Below are positions 1 to 21,659 of a DNA stretch of 64,000 nt, in pieces; the stretch's first letter is position 1, and each line of letters starts with the position of its first letter. Below the pieces are notes generated by a model that saw nothing but the letters and a program-made list of their open reading frames with translations, was not told where the DNA came from and made no database searches. A program made the position numbers and the translations under genes. This stretch comes from Macrostomum lignano (Eukaryota): positions 1 through 64,000 of the forward strand of contig NIVC01002595.1 in assembly GCA_002269645.1 (NCBI GenBank). The letters run 5' to 3'.

Positions 1-810
1 TTTCCTAGCTCGTAGAAACTGCGCTCTGACAGCTAAAGCTTTAGTTATACAAAGTATGACGTAATCTGTATTCAGGCATCAAGTTGTGTACTCGTAATTT
101 TTTTCACCAATACGGTTCACAGTAGTTACTGTTTTTTATTCCACTGTCAAATTCAAATGCGCGCAAAAGGAAAAAAAATAATTGTTTGATTTCATTAGAA
201 AGAAGTTCATGCAATTCGAAGTTTTAAATTTCTAATATACGAGTACTATTTTGCCTTAGTAGTATGCGTCTAAAAAATTAGGTTTATTAGATACTAAGGT
301 AAAGTTTACCCTTCAACTGGTAATTTTAAAGCTTGATGTTGTAAATTTGTTTGTTATTCTTTTATTAAAGTGCGAAAATAAGCACCTACGTGAGTATTAA
401 GGCTCTTAAATTGATGTTCAGGCGCCAAAACTGGGTATCTAAGCGCCAATCTAAGTTTTGAAATTGTCAAAAAGGTTTTGGAATGCCGTAATTTGTGATT
501 TTATTGGAAGCACTAAAAAATATGCGACATTATTGCCTTAAGGACCAAATGAGTTCAGCTAAGGACAGCGGAACGAGACCGGCTCCCCCATATCCTGACA
601 ATGGGCCCGCAATCTGCATAGCTAGGCGTGTGCGCGGGGGCTCAGCTGCCTTCTCTATTGTTGGACTCCGCGGGATTGGGCCGACCGTAGGCGACTGCGC
701 CTGTCTGCATCTTTAATGACAGCCGGCCCGGCATGCTTAGAGCGCTTCTGCCTGAAGCTCAGCTGCAGTACGGCGCTGTACTGGCTTATGGGGGAGTTTA
801 ATTGCTAGGC

Positions 811-1214
<404 letters not shown>

Positions 1215-1831
1215 TTAGTGTCTTGTCTCTATCGAGTTTTATCTCATGAAATCTAAAAAAGCGTTTTTGGCGTATAATTGTAATCATATAAGCAAATGTT
1301 TTTGTTCCTACTTGAAGTAGTTAGGTGAATATTACTTAACATTCCAGACGACAAGCAAAAACCCGAATTCCAAATTTTGTATTGGTTTGCATCCAAAAAA
1401 CCTATAGGATTAGGATGAATGTGCCACAATGTGACCAGATTTGGTAGCTCTGATCTGGATGTATTCCCCGGTTCTGAACATTTTCTATTCGCAATACTGC
1501 AGCGGGTCAGTTTAATTAAGAAAATTTGCATGCCGACATGAAGCAACAAAACTCGAAAGCGAATAACCAAGAGAATAAAGGAACAGCAGGTGCCTGACTC
1601 ACGTCTATATGAAGAGCCTAAATATGAATTCAGCTTTCTGCTGGGTCACGATCGGTTCTCAATATGCGGCTAATTGTGCATTTCGTATGGAGTAGAATTC
1701 ACTATTGAATGCGCTTCAGGCATAAGCCTTCATATAATGATAGAGTCGACCCGCAGATATCAGCGAGGCAAGAAGTTATGCCCGTTGTGTAGGTGCAGTC
1801 TCTGCTGCCTTGGTAGCTGTTCCTCATGGGC

Positions 1832-2270
1832 GTGAAGCTTAGAGCTGGTGAAGCTTAGAGCTGGTGAAGCTTAGAGCTGGTGAAGTTTTGAGCTTGTGAA
1901 GTTTTGAGCTGGTGAAGTTTTGAGCTGGTGAAGCTTAGAGCTGGTGAAGCTTAGAGCTGGTGAAGCTTAGAGCTGGTGAAGCTTTGAGCTGATGAAGCTT
2001 AGAGCTGGTGCTTAGTGGTGAAGCTTTGAGCTGGTTAAGATTTGAGCTTGTAAAATTTTAAGCTTTTGAACTTGTGAAGTCTCGTGCTTGTGAAGTCTCG
2101 TGCTTGTGAAGTCTCGTGCTTGTGAAGTCTCGTGCTTGTGAAGTCTCGTGCTTGTGAAGTCTCGTGCTTGTGAAGTCTCGTGCTTGTGAAGTCTCGTGCT
2201 TGTGAAGTCTCGTGCTTGCGAAGTCTCGTGCTTGTGAAGTCTCGTGCTTGTGAAGTCTCGTGCTTGTGAA
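1832..2270. repeat. 16-bp minisatellite, two related unit types (GAAGCTTAGAGCTGGT then GAAGTCTCGTGCTTGT)
   Basis: Visible tandem units; the first type grades into the second at ~2075. Confidence 0.95.
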
Positions 2271-2302
2271 AGTGACTGGGAAGAGCTGGACCGAGTCAGC
2301 TT

Positions 2303-2638
2303 ACCACACACGGCGTCCGTATTTCATATCTGTCAATCGCTAACTGGACTTTTCCTTCGCAACTCGAGCGGCAAACTAGCTGAACCCAATTGCCGCCTGC
2401 GGCTGTCGCGTCCTGATTGTGTTTGTCTTCACGGCGGCGCGGCCAATTTCGGAAACAATTTGCCTTCACGTGTGGCCACCGATTGACGGAATTGGTTTTG
2501 AAGCTGCTTGGGCACCCAATCAGCGAGCTCAGGCAGCGCCGAGTCCCCATCTGTGGACTCCGGCTGACAACAGTGCAAATCTGGTTGGCTCGCTGCCTGG
2601 TTTCCAACCCACCTCCCCTTCGGCCAGTGCTTCCCAGC
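2303..2638 (-). CDS. Possible internal coding exon of an unidentified Cys-containing protein
   Basis: Unique island between two arrays. One minus frame is open (..CLSSLIGCPSSF..ANCFRNW..LVCRSSCEG..RTPCV), ends at a strong donor GTG|gtaagc, and has a candidate acceptor ttttgaag|. No partner exons or homology recognised. Confidence 0.25.
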
Positions 2639-2822
2639 CTTCAAAATCGACACCGGACTGGGAGGATTAGAGAGGCTGCTACCAAACCCAGTCGACCTAA
2701 AATCAGTTTTTGCTTTATTGAAGCGCAAACTCGAGCAAGGAAACTCAAAGGTAAGATAGTTGCTTAACTTGTTTATCTCTCTGTGTTGTCTTTCGGTGAG
2801 AGAACTTCCACTAGAGTGAGTA

Positions 2823-3698
2823 GTGCATGAAATCGGGTGGGGTTGCATGAAATCGGATGGGGGTTGCATGAAATCGGGTGGGGGTTGCATGAAATCGGGT
2901 GGGGTTGCATGAAATCGGGTGGGGGTTGCATGAAATCGGGTTTGGCTGCATGAAATCCGGTTTGGCTGCATGAAATCGGGTGGGGGTTGCATGAAATCGG
3001 GTGGGGGTTGCACGAAATCGGGTGAGGGTTGCATGAAATCGGGTGGGAGGTTGCATGAAATCGGGTGGGAGGTTGCATGAAATCGGGTGGGGGTTGCATG
3101 AAATCGGGTGGGGGTTGCACGAAATCGGGTGGGGTTGCATGAAATCGGGTGGGAGGTTGCATGAAATCGGGTGGGAGGTTGCATGAAATCGGGTGTGGGT
3201 TGCATGAAATCGGGTGGGTTGCATGAAATCGGGTTTGGCTGCATAAAATCGGGTAGGCTGCATGAAATCGGGTAGGCTGCATGAAATCGAGTGGGGGCTG
3301 CATGAAATCGGGTAGGCTGCATGAAATCGGGTAGGCTGCATGAAATCGGGTGGGTTGCATGAAATCTGGTAGGCTGCATGAAATCGGGTGGGTTGCATGA
3401 AATCGGGTGGGGGTTGCATGAAATCGGGTAGGCTGCATGAAATCGGGTGGGTTGCATGAAATCGGGTGGGGGTTGCATGAAATCGGGTGGGGTTGCATGA
3501 AATCGGGTGGGGGTTGCATGAAATCGGGTGGGTTGCATGAAATCGAGTGGGGGCTGCATGAAATCGGGTGGGTTGCATGAAATCGGGTGGAAGGTTGCAT
3601 GAAATCGGGTGGGGCTGCATGAAAGCGGGTGGGGCTGCATGAAAGCGGGTGGGGCTGCATGAAAGCGGGTGGGGCTGCATGAAACCGGGTGGGGTTGG
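2823..3698. repeat. ~19-21-bp minisatellite (TGCATGAAATCGGGTGGGGT)
   Basis: Visible tandem array; three overlapping repetitive ORFs are its translations. Confidence 0.96.
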
Positions 3699-4561
3699 CA
3701 TATCAGAGCTTGAAAGCAGGTATAAAAATACCAGAAAGGCTCTTGTCGATGCCTATCTAAAAATATTGCTATTGAAATTCCAATATTTCATGTAGAAAAT
3801 AGCTTGTGCTCCAATCATTGTCAATACTTTATATCAGTTTTCTAACAATCCTCTCTTGCATCGGAGCTTGACAACGGCTTGACAACCAAAAAACTATTTT
3901 GGAATAACTGAACTCGACGATTCCTAGCCACTGAGTAAAAATGCTCACCCAGTTAAAAAAGTTGCCTCTAAGTTTTTTACAACCTGCAGAAGACCAAAAT
4001 CCAGCTTCCGTCCCGGTTCTGTTGTTGGCAGTGGCATTTTCAGAATTCCAGTTGGCATCTGCAGTCAGCCGGAGCACTGAATGAATGGGTTTTGGGCGAC
4101 TGCTGTTAAAACTGCTTCTAAAAAGTGTAGACAATGCTTGCTTTGCTTAGTGGGCTGAGACGCAAAGCATTGGTATCTAGATAGCTGCTCGGAACAAAGG
4201 GGAGAGGAGAGTGACTGAAGGAATTGCTGACACAAAAACTCGCTCTTAACTGAGCCTCGTATTCGATTTGAAATGCTTAAATTTTCGACTTTCAATTTAT
4301 CGGCAAAGAAGACGCCAGCTGCGTCAGCAGTTTAGAGGTGCTTCAGGGGAATGGAATACTTTGTGCCTGCGTTTACCTTCTTTGTTGCGCGCTTCTGCAA
4401 GTCCTCTCGTGAGTGACTGAGAGAGCGGATCGCTACGTGTGATATGTTACGTATGACACAGGGAACACACGTAAAAAGACACATGGAGAAGAGCCTCAAA
4501 ACATATTAATACTTGAAAAGACACTCGGAGAGGTTTCACGGTAACTACGAGAGAGACTACG

Positions 4562-5010
4562 GTACATGTAGAGACACATGCAGAGACACATGCAGAGACA
4601 CATGAGACACATCAGAGACATACTTGTAGAGACGTATATAGAGAGACATGTAAAGACACATGGAGAGAGACGTGTAGAGACACATTGCAGAGACACATGC
4701 AGAGAAACATGTAGAGACACATGTAGAGACACATTGCAGAGACACATGTAGAGACACATGCAGAGACACATGCAGAGACACATGTAGAGACACATCCAGA
4801 GACACATGCAGAGACACATGTAGAGACACATGTAGAGACACATGCAGAGAAACATGTAGAGACACATGTAGAGACACATGCAGAGACACATGTAGAGACA
4901 CATGTAGAGACACATGCAGAGACACATGCAGAGACACATGTAGAGACAGATGTAGAGACACATGTAAAGACACATGTAAAGACACATGTAAAGACACATG
5001 TACAGACACA
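4562..5010. repeat. 12-bp minisatellite (GAGACACATG[C/T]A)
   Basis: Visible tandem array. Confidence 0.95.
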
Positions 5011-6074
5011 TCAAACAAACAAGCCATCAGAATTCTAATAAACTGTCTCCAATGCAGACAAAAGTTCATGAGTTCTCCGTGTCTAAGCAGACGACTCGGA
5101 TCCCAATCAGCTCTCTAAAGCGGCTGAGACAAACTTAGACATATGGGAATCATCTGAAATTCAATTTAAAAGCGACATGCAAACAGCGCGTATAAGCGAT
5201 GAAAGCAAATTTACCCAAAGAGAATGAGCGCCATCAGTTGCGGAAATGTAAGCAGGCATCGATTAGGCGCGTATTAGTCTACTTAGTCTACTAGCTTTTA
5301 GAGTCTTGCTTAAGATTTTCTAGCTGTCGCTGTAGTTTTAAAACCACAGGTAAAACATTTTTTTCATGTCGATAGATTGAGCTGACAGGGCTGCTAAGAT
5401 CAAGGTCGCGCTTTCTTATCATTCTACTCTCGTGCTCTAAAACATCCGGAGTTTGCTCAGACTCAGAGATTCGGGACAGACACGTAAATTAAATTTTGTT
5501 CCAGCCAGTCTATCAGCCGGGTCACGTTTCTGGTGTCATATCCCAGATATCCCAATTCCAACAGGTGCTGCTTGCGGTAGATTGCGAAGTTGTGTGTGCG
5601 TGTGTGTGTGCGTGTATGTGTTTGCTGTGGATCCATGTGTCCGTCTGCTGGCCTCCCCATCCTGATTCTCTCCCCTTCAGGGCCTTGGGGGGAGCAGTTC
5701 GCCACAACAAGAAATTCTCATGCAGAAGGTGCAAGATCTATTTGAATTGGCTGTGCATCTGACAGATTTGAGTTATTAAGAGCCGGCGTCTCGCAACGAT
5801 GCGGGGATATTCCAAAATTTGTTATACTCTGCATCTGACAGGCCCCGGTTCTGGGTTAGAATTGCTCGTAACTCCAAGCCATGAGCACACTGAGCCTCTG
5901 AACCCTTCAACCCTCATCGGCTGAACCTGCTGTATCTTCTAACTCAAAAAGTCGCTTGAGCCTTGGGGAGCAAATCTCCGGTACCAAATACAATAAGACT
6001 TTATAAGTACCAAAAAGTATTTGATACCAAAATCCGCTGGGCCGACCGGCCCCGCTGAAACCCCGCAGCCAGCC

Positions 6075-6383
6075 ATGACGCGCGCCAGTCCTCGCCAGGC
6101 TCTCAGCTGCTGCCGCCAGTCTGCTGCTCTGCTGCTGCTGCTGCTGCTGGGCCTCCTCTGCCTGACGCCCCGCGCCAGCCTGGGTCAGCCGCTCCGCACC
6201 GGCGCCGCCGCCAACGCTGCCGAAGCCGCCCCGGCTGCCCCGGCCGCCGGCGAGACGTACGAAGCCGACGATGTCGCCAAAATCGGCGCCCTCATGGCCG
6301 CACTGGATGAAATCGGGGAGCAGCGGCAGCGCCAGCGGCTGGACAAGAAAGCCGGCCATCCGTTCCAGTCGCAGGCCTGGTGA
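6075..6383 (+). CDS. Secreted neuropeptide/prohormone-like precursor, 102 aa, single coding exon
   Basis: ATG in gccATG context. Signal peptide [37 protein letters not shown], then an Ala-rich/acidic spacer, then dibasic KK and C-terminal AGHPFQSQAW-stop. GC-rich codons. Two AATAAA at 6513 and 6521. Confidence 0.75.
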   Translation: MTRASPRQALSCCRQSAALLLLLLLGLLCLTPRASLGQPLRTGAAANAAEAAPAAPAAGETYEADDVAKIGALMAALDEIGEQRQRQRLDKKAGHPFQSQAW

Positions 6384-6512
6384 TCGAGCTTGAGAAACCT
6401 GCCAGAGGCCATCCGAACGGGAGCTGCTGTAACCTGTTGCCTCTCTCCCTGTCTCACTCCTGTTCCCCTCCTCAGCTTCTCGGTATGAAAAGGAGAAATC
6501 ATTCGAAAATAT

Positions 6513-6526
6513 AATAAACGAATAAA
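6513..6526 (+). other. Tandem AATAAA polyadenylation signals of the neuropeptide-like gene
   Basis: AATAAA at 6513-6518 and 6521-6526, ~130 nt after the TGA. Confidence 0.5.
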
Positions 6527-6715
6527 TACCAAGTGGAAGCAGACCAACTGCTAAGCTCTGTGGCTGGCGTAACAGCAAATCAAATAAATCTCTGCTTTTG
6601 AAACTCATTAATTGGCCATGCAATGCAGACACGGTGCGTGCAGTCGGCTTTTGACCTGTGTTGCTCTTTCTGCTTGCCTGTTATTACTATTTATTGCAAG
6701 TTGCTTTCTCTACCG

Positions 6716-7240
6716 ATCACCCTCAGGTCACACTCAGGTCACACTCAGGTCACACTCAGGTCACACTCAGGTCACACTCAGGTCACACTCAGGTCACACT
6801 CAGGTCACACTCAGGTCACACTCAGGTCACACTCAGGTCACACTCAGGTCACACTCAGGTCACACTCAGGTCACACTCAGGTCACACTCAGGTCACACTC
6901 AGGTCACACTCAGGTCACACTCAGGTCACACTCAGGTCACACTCAGGTCACACTCAGGTCACACTCAGGTCACACTCAGGTCACACTCAGGTCACACTCA
7001 GGTCACACTCGGGTCAACCTCAGGTCACACTCTGGTCACACTCAGGTCACACTCAGGTCACACTCAGGTCACACTCAGGTCACACTCAGGTCACACTCAG
7101 GTCACACTCAGGTCACACTCAGGTCACACTCAGGTCACACTCAGGTCACACTCAGGTCACACTCAGGTCACACTCAGGTCACACTCAGGTCACACTCAGG
7201 TCACACTCAGGTCACACTCAGGTCAACCTCAGGTCAACCT
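6716..7240. repeat. 11-bp minisatellite (TCAGGTCACAC)
   Basis: Visible, highly homogeneous array; ORFs 6612/6623/6658 are its translations. Confidence 0.97.
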
Positions 7241-7269
7241 TAGCTAGGTCATCCTCGGATCAACCTCCA

Positions 7270-7860
7270 GTTCTCGCTAGGCACATTCTAGTCACTCTCT
7301 AGGCACATTCTAGTGCCACTCTAGGCACATTCTAGTCACTTTCTAGGCACACTCTAGTCACTCTCTAGGCACAATCTAGTCACTCTCTAGGCACACTCTA
7401 GTCACTCTCTAGGCACACTCTAGTCACTCTCTAGGCACACTCTAGTCACTCTCTAGGCACATTCTAGTGCCACTCTAGGCACATTCTAGTCACTCTCTAG
7501 GCACATTCTAGTCACTCTCTAGGCTTATTTCAGTCACTCTCTAGTCACTCTCTAGGCACATTCTAGTCACTCTCTAGGCTTATTCCAGTCACTCTCTAGT
7601 CACTCTCTAGGCACACTCTAGTCACTCTCTAGGCACATTCTAGTCAATCGACAGGTGCCCTCTAGTCACTTGTTAGGTCACTCTCTAGTCACACCCCTTT
7701 CACTCGTTAGATGCCCTCTAGTCACTCTCTAGTAAGACTCTAGTCACTCGACGGGTGCCCTCTAGTCACTCTCTAATCCTCTCTAGTCACTCGTTAGGTC
7801 ACTCCCAAATCACTCTCTAGTCACAAATTACATGTAGGCACACTCGAGTCACTCTCTGAT
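7270..7860. repeat. Degenerate ~23-bp minisatellite (CTCTAGTCACTCTCTAGGCACAT-like)
   Basis: Visible degenerate array sharing GTCAC with the adjacent 11-bp array. Confidence 0.88.
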
Positions 7861-8142
7861 CAACAATTGCGTCATTTCTTCTTAGTATACGGGCTGGTAC
7901 TTTTCACTCGGATACAAACCACACAGGTCAAGCTCAGCGCCCATTGTTCCCATAAAACAATACCTTTATTGAATCGCTGTCCAGAAAAAATCTACATGTA
8001 TTGTTGCTTTGAATGCTAACGCAGGTTGAACTGAAAAAAATCAAAAAGGAACTTGCCCTGGTTTCTAAAATGACAATGCGGAACTCAAAGGCTTAAAAAA
8101 TTTTCTGGAAGGAGCTTTGAACTCGCTCTCTGTGTGTATTGT

Positions 8143-8660
8143 CCCTGAGGTTCTCGTCCCTGAGATCCCTGCTCACTGTGAGAATCGTCCCTGAGATCCC
8201 TGCTCACTGTGAGAATCATCACTGAGATCCCCGCTCACTGTGAGAAACGTCTGTGAGATCCTCGCTTACTGTGAGAATCGTCTGTGAGATCCTCGCTTAC
8301 TGTGAGAATCGTCTGTGAGATCCTCGCTTACTGTGAGAATCGTCTGTGAGATCCTCGCTTACTGTGAGAATCGTCTGTGAGATCCTCGCTTACTGTGAGA
8401 ATCGTCCGTGAGATCCTCGCTCACTGTGAGAATCGTCCGTGAGATCCCTGCTCACTGTGAGAATCATCACTGAGATCCCCGCTCACTGTGAGAATCATCA
8501 CTGAGATCCCTGCTCACTGTGAGAATCATCCGTGAGATCCCCGCTCACTGTGAGAAACGTCTGTGAGATCCCCGCTCACTGTGAGAAACGTCTGTGAGAT
8601 CCCCGCTCACTGTGAGAATCGTCTGTGAGATCCTCGCTTACTGTGAGAATCGTTTCTGAG
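8143..8660. repeat. 31-bp minisatellite (CTGTGAGAATCGTCTGTGAGATCCTCGCTTA)
   Basis: Visible tandem array. Confidence 0.94.
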
Positions 8661-9075
8661 ATTATCAGATAGCTGGATTGAGAAATCAGGGAACAATTTC
8701 AAGGAAGAAAGAGTCATGGTTGTGTTTTCTGAAACATAGCTGGTTATGCGAGGTCGACAAAGTCACTTTTGCCGTGACCCCAAACTGCAGACTGAGTCTG
8801 CCGTGAGAATTTCTGATGAAGATCCAAGCGAATTTTTCTATGGCCGAGCGCAGCTGCCTAAAGAGGCATCAATCAATGTAGTCTGCATCTTCGTGCGTTG
8901 GAGCTGCGAATAGAGCAGTGATGGATTGAAGCATGCTTGCATAACACATTCTCTGACAGGAGAAGTATTTGGTAGACCCACTATTGGGACAAATATTGAT
9001 GATGGGCGCGGAGGCTGCTCGACAGCTTTGTATGTTCGTACTGCAGATTGTTTAGCTGTTAACTCAGATTTTGAC

Positions 9076-9606
<531 letters not shown>

Positions 9607-10204
9607 TTGATAGCTGTTGCCTGACTATTACGAACGCATTCATAAAATTCAATTGCAAAAATTCATAAAACGACCCTTTCACCTTTATACTGTATTTTAA
9701 TCTTAAAGACGACTTTATGAAATACATAAACTGAACTCTTACTATTTATGCTACTCACGAATTCTTTCAGTAGTTTGCATCGCTAAGTGACTGAGAAATC
9801 AATGCGAGTTGGAAGTAAGCGTCTGGTTAAGCAAATTAATGGTGTCTTATAAATAATTACCAGCTTATCCAGCTTTTTCCTGCTTTCAAAAGTTCTCCGA
9901 AATCCCTTGCAGATAAAAAACTATTTAAAGGAATTCACAATGTCACTCTTCATTGTCTTGTAAGGAGTGTACGATATAAATTATTAATGAATGAGAGACC
10001 TCTGAGCACAAAAATCCCAATATAGCTTTGAGTTCATTGAGTTCAAGGATGCTGGGCAAGTGAGTGATTTTGCAAGGTGGAGAGCAGGTCCATGACGATG
10101 AGTCAAGGAAATAATTAGCTGTTTCTTTGATGTGCTGCAGATGAAAATTCATAACTCCATCACTTCATTTAACTCAAAATTGTTCAAAATAGCAGATTTC
10201 GGCA

Positions 10205-17451
<7,247 letters not shown>

Positions 17452-17941
17452 TGTTTCAATGGTTGTTTTGCGTCTTCTTTCCTTGTCTTTTTAGCTTTTT
17501 TTACTTCCGCCCTTCGTCAGTTGGAAATAATGATGAGGCCACTCCCAGGTATTTCTGGTAAACCGCAAGCTTATATGCATAGCTGACTGCCCTTAACTTC
17601 CGCGTATTAATTAAGTATTAAGGGCCAAGAGACCCGCCCCATCCCTCGCCCAGCAATAATTTGCGAGTGAGTCTGGGCAGCCACTCAGCGCTGTTTAGAG
17701 CAGAATTGCTGGGAGTGGCTGGAGAGGCGGCTGCTGCTGCTGGCAGTTAGTTGTTTTTGCACTCTCATCTGCTGCTGCGGGCACCGCCCAGTGGGCGAGT
17801 CAAAGTCAAGGCCTGTTTTTGGCCTATTATGAAGAAATCATTTTTTCATACACATTGTTAATTAGTGGATAGTTCACAAATTATCATGAAATTACTCTGT
17901 TTAATATCCATCATCTTTAAATTGTATTTTTGTGCAATATC

Positions 17942-18820
17942 AGGTATGCCATTTTTACAACTTCAGGATGTGCCATTTTTACAGATTCAGGATGTGCCAT
18001 TTTTACAGATTCAGGATGTGCCATTTTTTACAGATTCAGGATGTGCCATTTTTACAGCTTCAGGATGTGCCATTTTTACAGCTTCAGGATGTGCCATTTT
18101 TACAGCTTCTGGATGTGTCATTTTTACAGCTTCAGGATGTGCCATTTTTTACAGATTCAGGATGTGCCATTTTTACAGCTTCAGGATGTGCCATTTTTTA
18201 CAGCTTCAGGATGTGCCATTTTTACAGCTTCAGGATGTGCCATTTTTACAGCTTCAGGATGTGCCATTGTTTACAGCTTCAGGATGTGCCATTTTTACAG
18301 CTTCAGGATGTGCCATTTTTACAGCTTCAGGATGTGCCATTTTTACAGCTTCAGGATGTGCCATTTTTACAGCTTCAGGATGTGCCATTTTTACAGCTTC
18401 TGAATGTGCCATTTTTACAGATTCAGGATGTGCCATTTTTACAGCTTCAGGATGTGCCATTTTTACAGCTTCAGGATGTGCCATTTTTACAGCTTCAGGA
18501 TGTGCCATTTTTACAGCTTCTGAATGTGCCATTTTTACAGATTCAGGATGTGCCATTTTTACAGCTTCTGAATGTGCCAATTTACAGCTTCAGGATGTGC
18601 CATTTTTACAGCTTCTGAATGTGCCATTGTTTAAACTTCAAGATGTGAACTTTTACAACTTGAGGATGTGTACTTTAAAAATTTCAGAATGTGTACTTTT
18701 ACAACTTCAGGATGTGTACTTTTACAACTTCAGGATGTGTACTTTTACAACTTCAGGATATGTACTTTTATAACTTCAGGATATGTACTTTTACAACTTC
18801 AGGATGCGCCAATTTTACAA
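17942..18820. repeat. ~23-bp minisatellite (TTTTTACAGCTTCAGGATGTGCCA)
   Basis: Visible array upstream of the TRPA gene. Confidence 0.95.
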
Positions 18821-19325
18821 TGTGCCAATTATCTAGATTTAAGACGATATGTATCGAAATAATAGCTGTAAGATTAACACATTTCAGACTGCCGACAAAG
18901 CTTTATTAAACTTCTTTAATTTCGTAAAATTGATTGACAAGGCTGGCACAATGTCAGAATCGTTGCAAGCGGATGCCAGCTGGTCGGCAAAGCCGAATTG
19001 ACAAAGGCTGGGGAGACTGGGTTCCCGAGATCATTCATTGACTGCCTTTGTAGTGGACTTAATGCAGTGGACTCTGCGGAAATCGGTAAGCGGATTTGAA
19101 GACTGGCTGACTCTCTTAACAAATCTCTCTGAGCAGACTGGGGACAGGCCGCATTGTTCTGACAGCTGTCCTAATTTTAGCTGGATAAATAAGTTCCTGT
19201 AGCGGAATCCCTGCGTTGCTAAGCGGAGAGTTTTAGGCTGTCATTATAGCGTGACCGAGAGGTCCCATGAAGGATCCTTAACTGCTGCCGGACCAGACTC
19301 ACTGCTCTGCTTAATGCTTTTTAAG

Positions 19326-20841
19326 TGGCACAGTCCTGACACAAGTTTGATTTCTCAATGGCACAGTCCTGACACAAGTTTGATTTCTCAAATGGTACAG
19401 TCCTGACACAAGTTTGATTTCTCAAATGGCACAGTCCTGACACAAGTGTGATTTCTCAAATGGCACAGTCCTGACACAAGTGTGATTTCTCAAATGGCAC
19501 AGTCCTGACACAAGTGTGATTTCTCAAATGGCACAGTCCTGACACAAGTGTGATTTCTCAAATGGCACAGTCCTGACACAAGTTTGATTTCTCAAATGGC
19601 ACAGTCCTGACACAAGTTTGATTTCTCAAATGGTACAGTCCTGACACAAGTTTGATTTCTCAAATAGCAGAGGCTTAACACAAGTGTGATTTTTCAAATG
19701 GTACAGTCCTGACACAAGTGTGATTTCTCAAATGGCACAGTCCTGACACAAGTTTGATTTCTCAAATGGTACAGTCCTGACACAAGTGTGATTTCTCAAA
19801 TGGTACAGTCCTGACACAAGTGTGATTTTTCAAATGGCACAGTCCTGACACAAGTGTGATTTCTCAAATGGCACAGTCCTGACACAAGTTTGATTTCTCA
19901 AATGGCACAGTCCTGACACAAGTTTGATTTCTCAAATGGTACAGTCCTGACACAAGTTTGATTTCTCAAATAGCAGAGGCTTGACACAAGTGTGATTTCT
20001 TAAATAACACAGTCCTGACACAAGTGTGATTTCTCAAATAGCAGAGGCTTGACACAAGTGTGATTTCTTAAATAACACAGTCCTGACACAAGTGTGATTT
20101 CTCAAATGGCACAGTCCTGACACAAGTGTGATTTCTCAAATGGCACAGTCCTGACACAAGTTTGATTTCTCAAATGGTACAGTCCTGACACAAATTTGAT
20201 TTCTCAAATAGCAGAGGCTTGACACAAGTGTGATTTCTCAAATGGTACAGTCCTGACACAAGTGTGATTTCTCAAATGACACAGTCCTGACACAAGTGTG
20301 ATTTCTTAAATAACACAGTCCTGACACAAGTGTGATTTCTCAAATGGCACAGTCCTGACACAAGTGTGATTTCTTAAATAACACAGTCCTGACACAAGTG
20401 TGATTTCTCAAATGGCACAGTCCTGACACAAGTGTGATTTCTCAAATGGCACAGTCCTAACACAAGTTTGATTTCTCAAATGGCACAGTCCTGACACAAG
20501 TGTGATTTCTCAAATGGCACAGTCCTGACACAAGTTTGATTTCTCAAATGGCACAGTCCTGACACAAGCTTGATTTCCCCATGGCACAGTCCTGACACAA
20601 GTGTGATTTCTTAAATAACACAGTCCTGACACAAGTGTGATTTCTCAAATGGCACAGTCCTTACACAAGTGTGATTTCTCAAATGGCACAGTCCTAACAC
20701 AAATTTGATTTCTCAAATGGCACAGTCCTGACACAAGTGTGATTTCTAAAATGGCACAGTCCTGACACAAGTGTGATTTCTCAAATGGCACAGTCCTGAC
20801 ACAAGCTTGATTTCCCCATGGCACAGTCCTGACACAAGTCT
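19326..20841. repeat. ~34-bp minisatellite (AATGGCACAGTCCTGACACAAGTGTGATTTCTCA)
   Basis: Visible array, ~1.5 kb. Confidence 0.96.
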
Positions 20842-21659
20842 GAATTCGCTGATGTCGCAGATAAGTCATCAGTTAATGTTTTGTTCAAGCCAGTAAATAT
20901 TTTGTGAGGATTTCTACAAAAGATGGAATAGCACCGGAATTGATTAATTAAGGCATTAAGATGTTGCGTGAGTGGATGAAATACTTGAATAGAAAAGCTT
21001 GAAGAGAAGTCTTAGGCACATAGATTCCAAATAAGGAATATTGAATGACAGATATATCCAAAGCAATTTGGGGCAGATCCAATATTACTGTTAAATTCTG
21101 CTCCTTCCTCACTAATTCACTAATCAATTGATGGATACCAAAATAAGCATCAGAGAAGCTTGCACGCAGACCGCTGTCAATCAAATTCTGAATCATGGGG
21201 CTACAAAAATCAATTTCATTTATTATCTTTCCCACAGAACGGTACTTTTAGTGTTTGTGAGAAATTTGCACATCAGTGCTAATTTCTTCATGAGTCATTG
21301 TGCATATTTTATTATAATTCTCTTCCTAGGATTCTGGACCATGACGCTGATGGAATCCAGAATTGCTGGAATGATCCTCAGGTGCACCGCCCCGAGACCG
21401 TGATGCGGGCTTCTATTCTAACAGTAAAACATTAAATTTGTCAGCTTTATTGCGTCCTTTATTAACATATTTATAGTACTTAAATTTAACAAGCCAATAT
21501 TTACAAACAACAACATAAAATTACACAGGAAGTGCTACTAACAGTAGGTAAAACAAGACTGTAATTTATCTGATTAGTGACCATATTTAATGCGGATTTT
21601 CCTATTGATTCTCTTAAAATCAGCAAACCAATTGTGTCAAATGATATCACATGTATTTG

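Noticed and set aside
20860-21400. Short ORFs between arrays as a transposase relic
   Set aside because: No recognisable motif in any frame.
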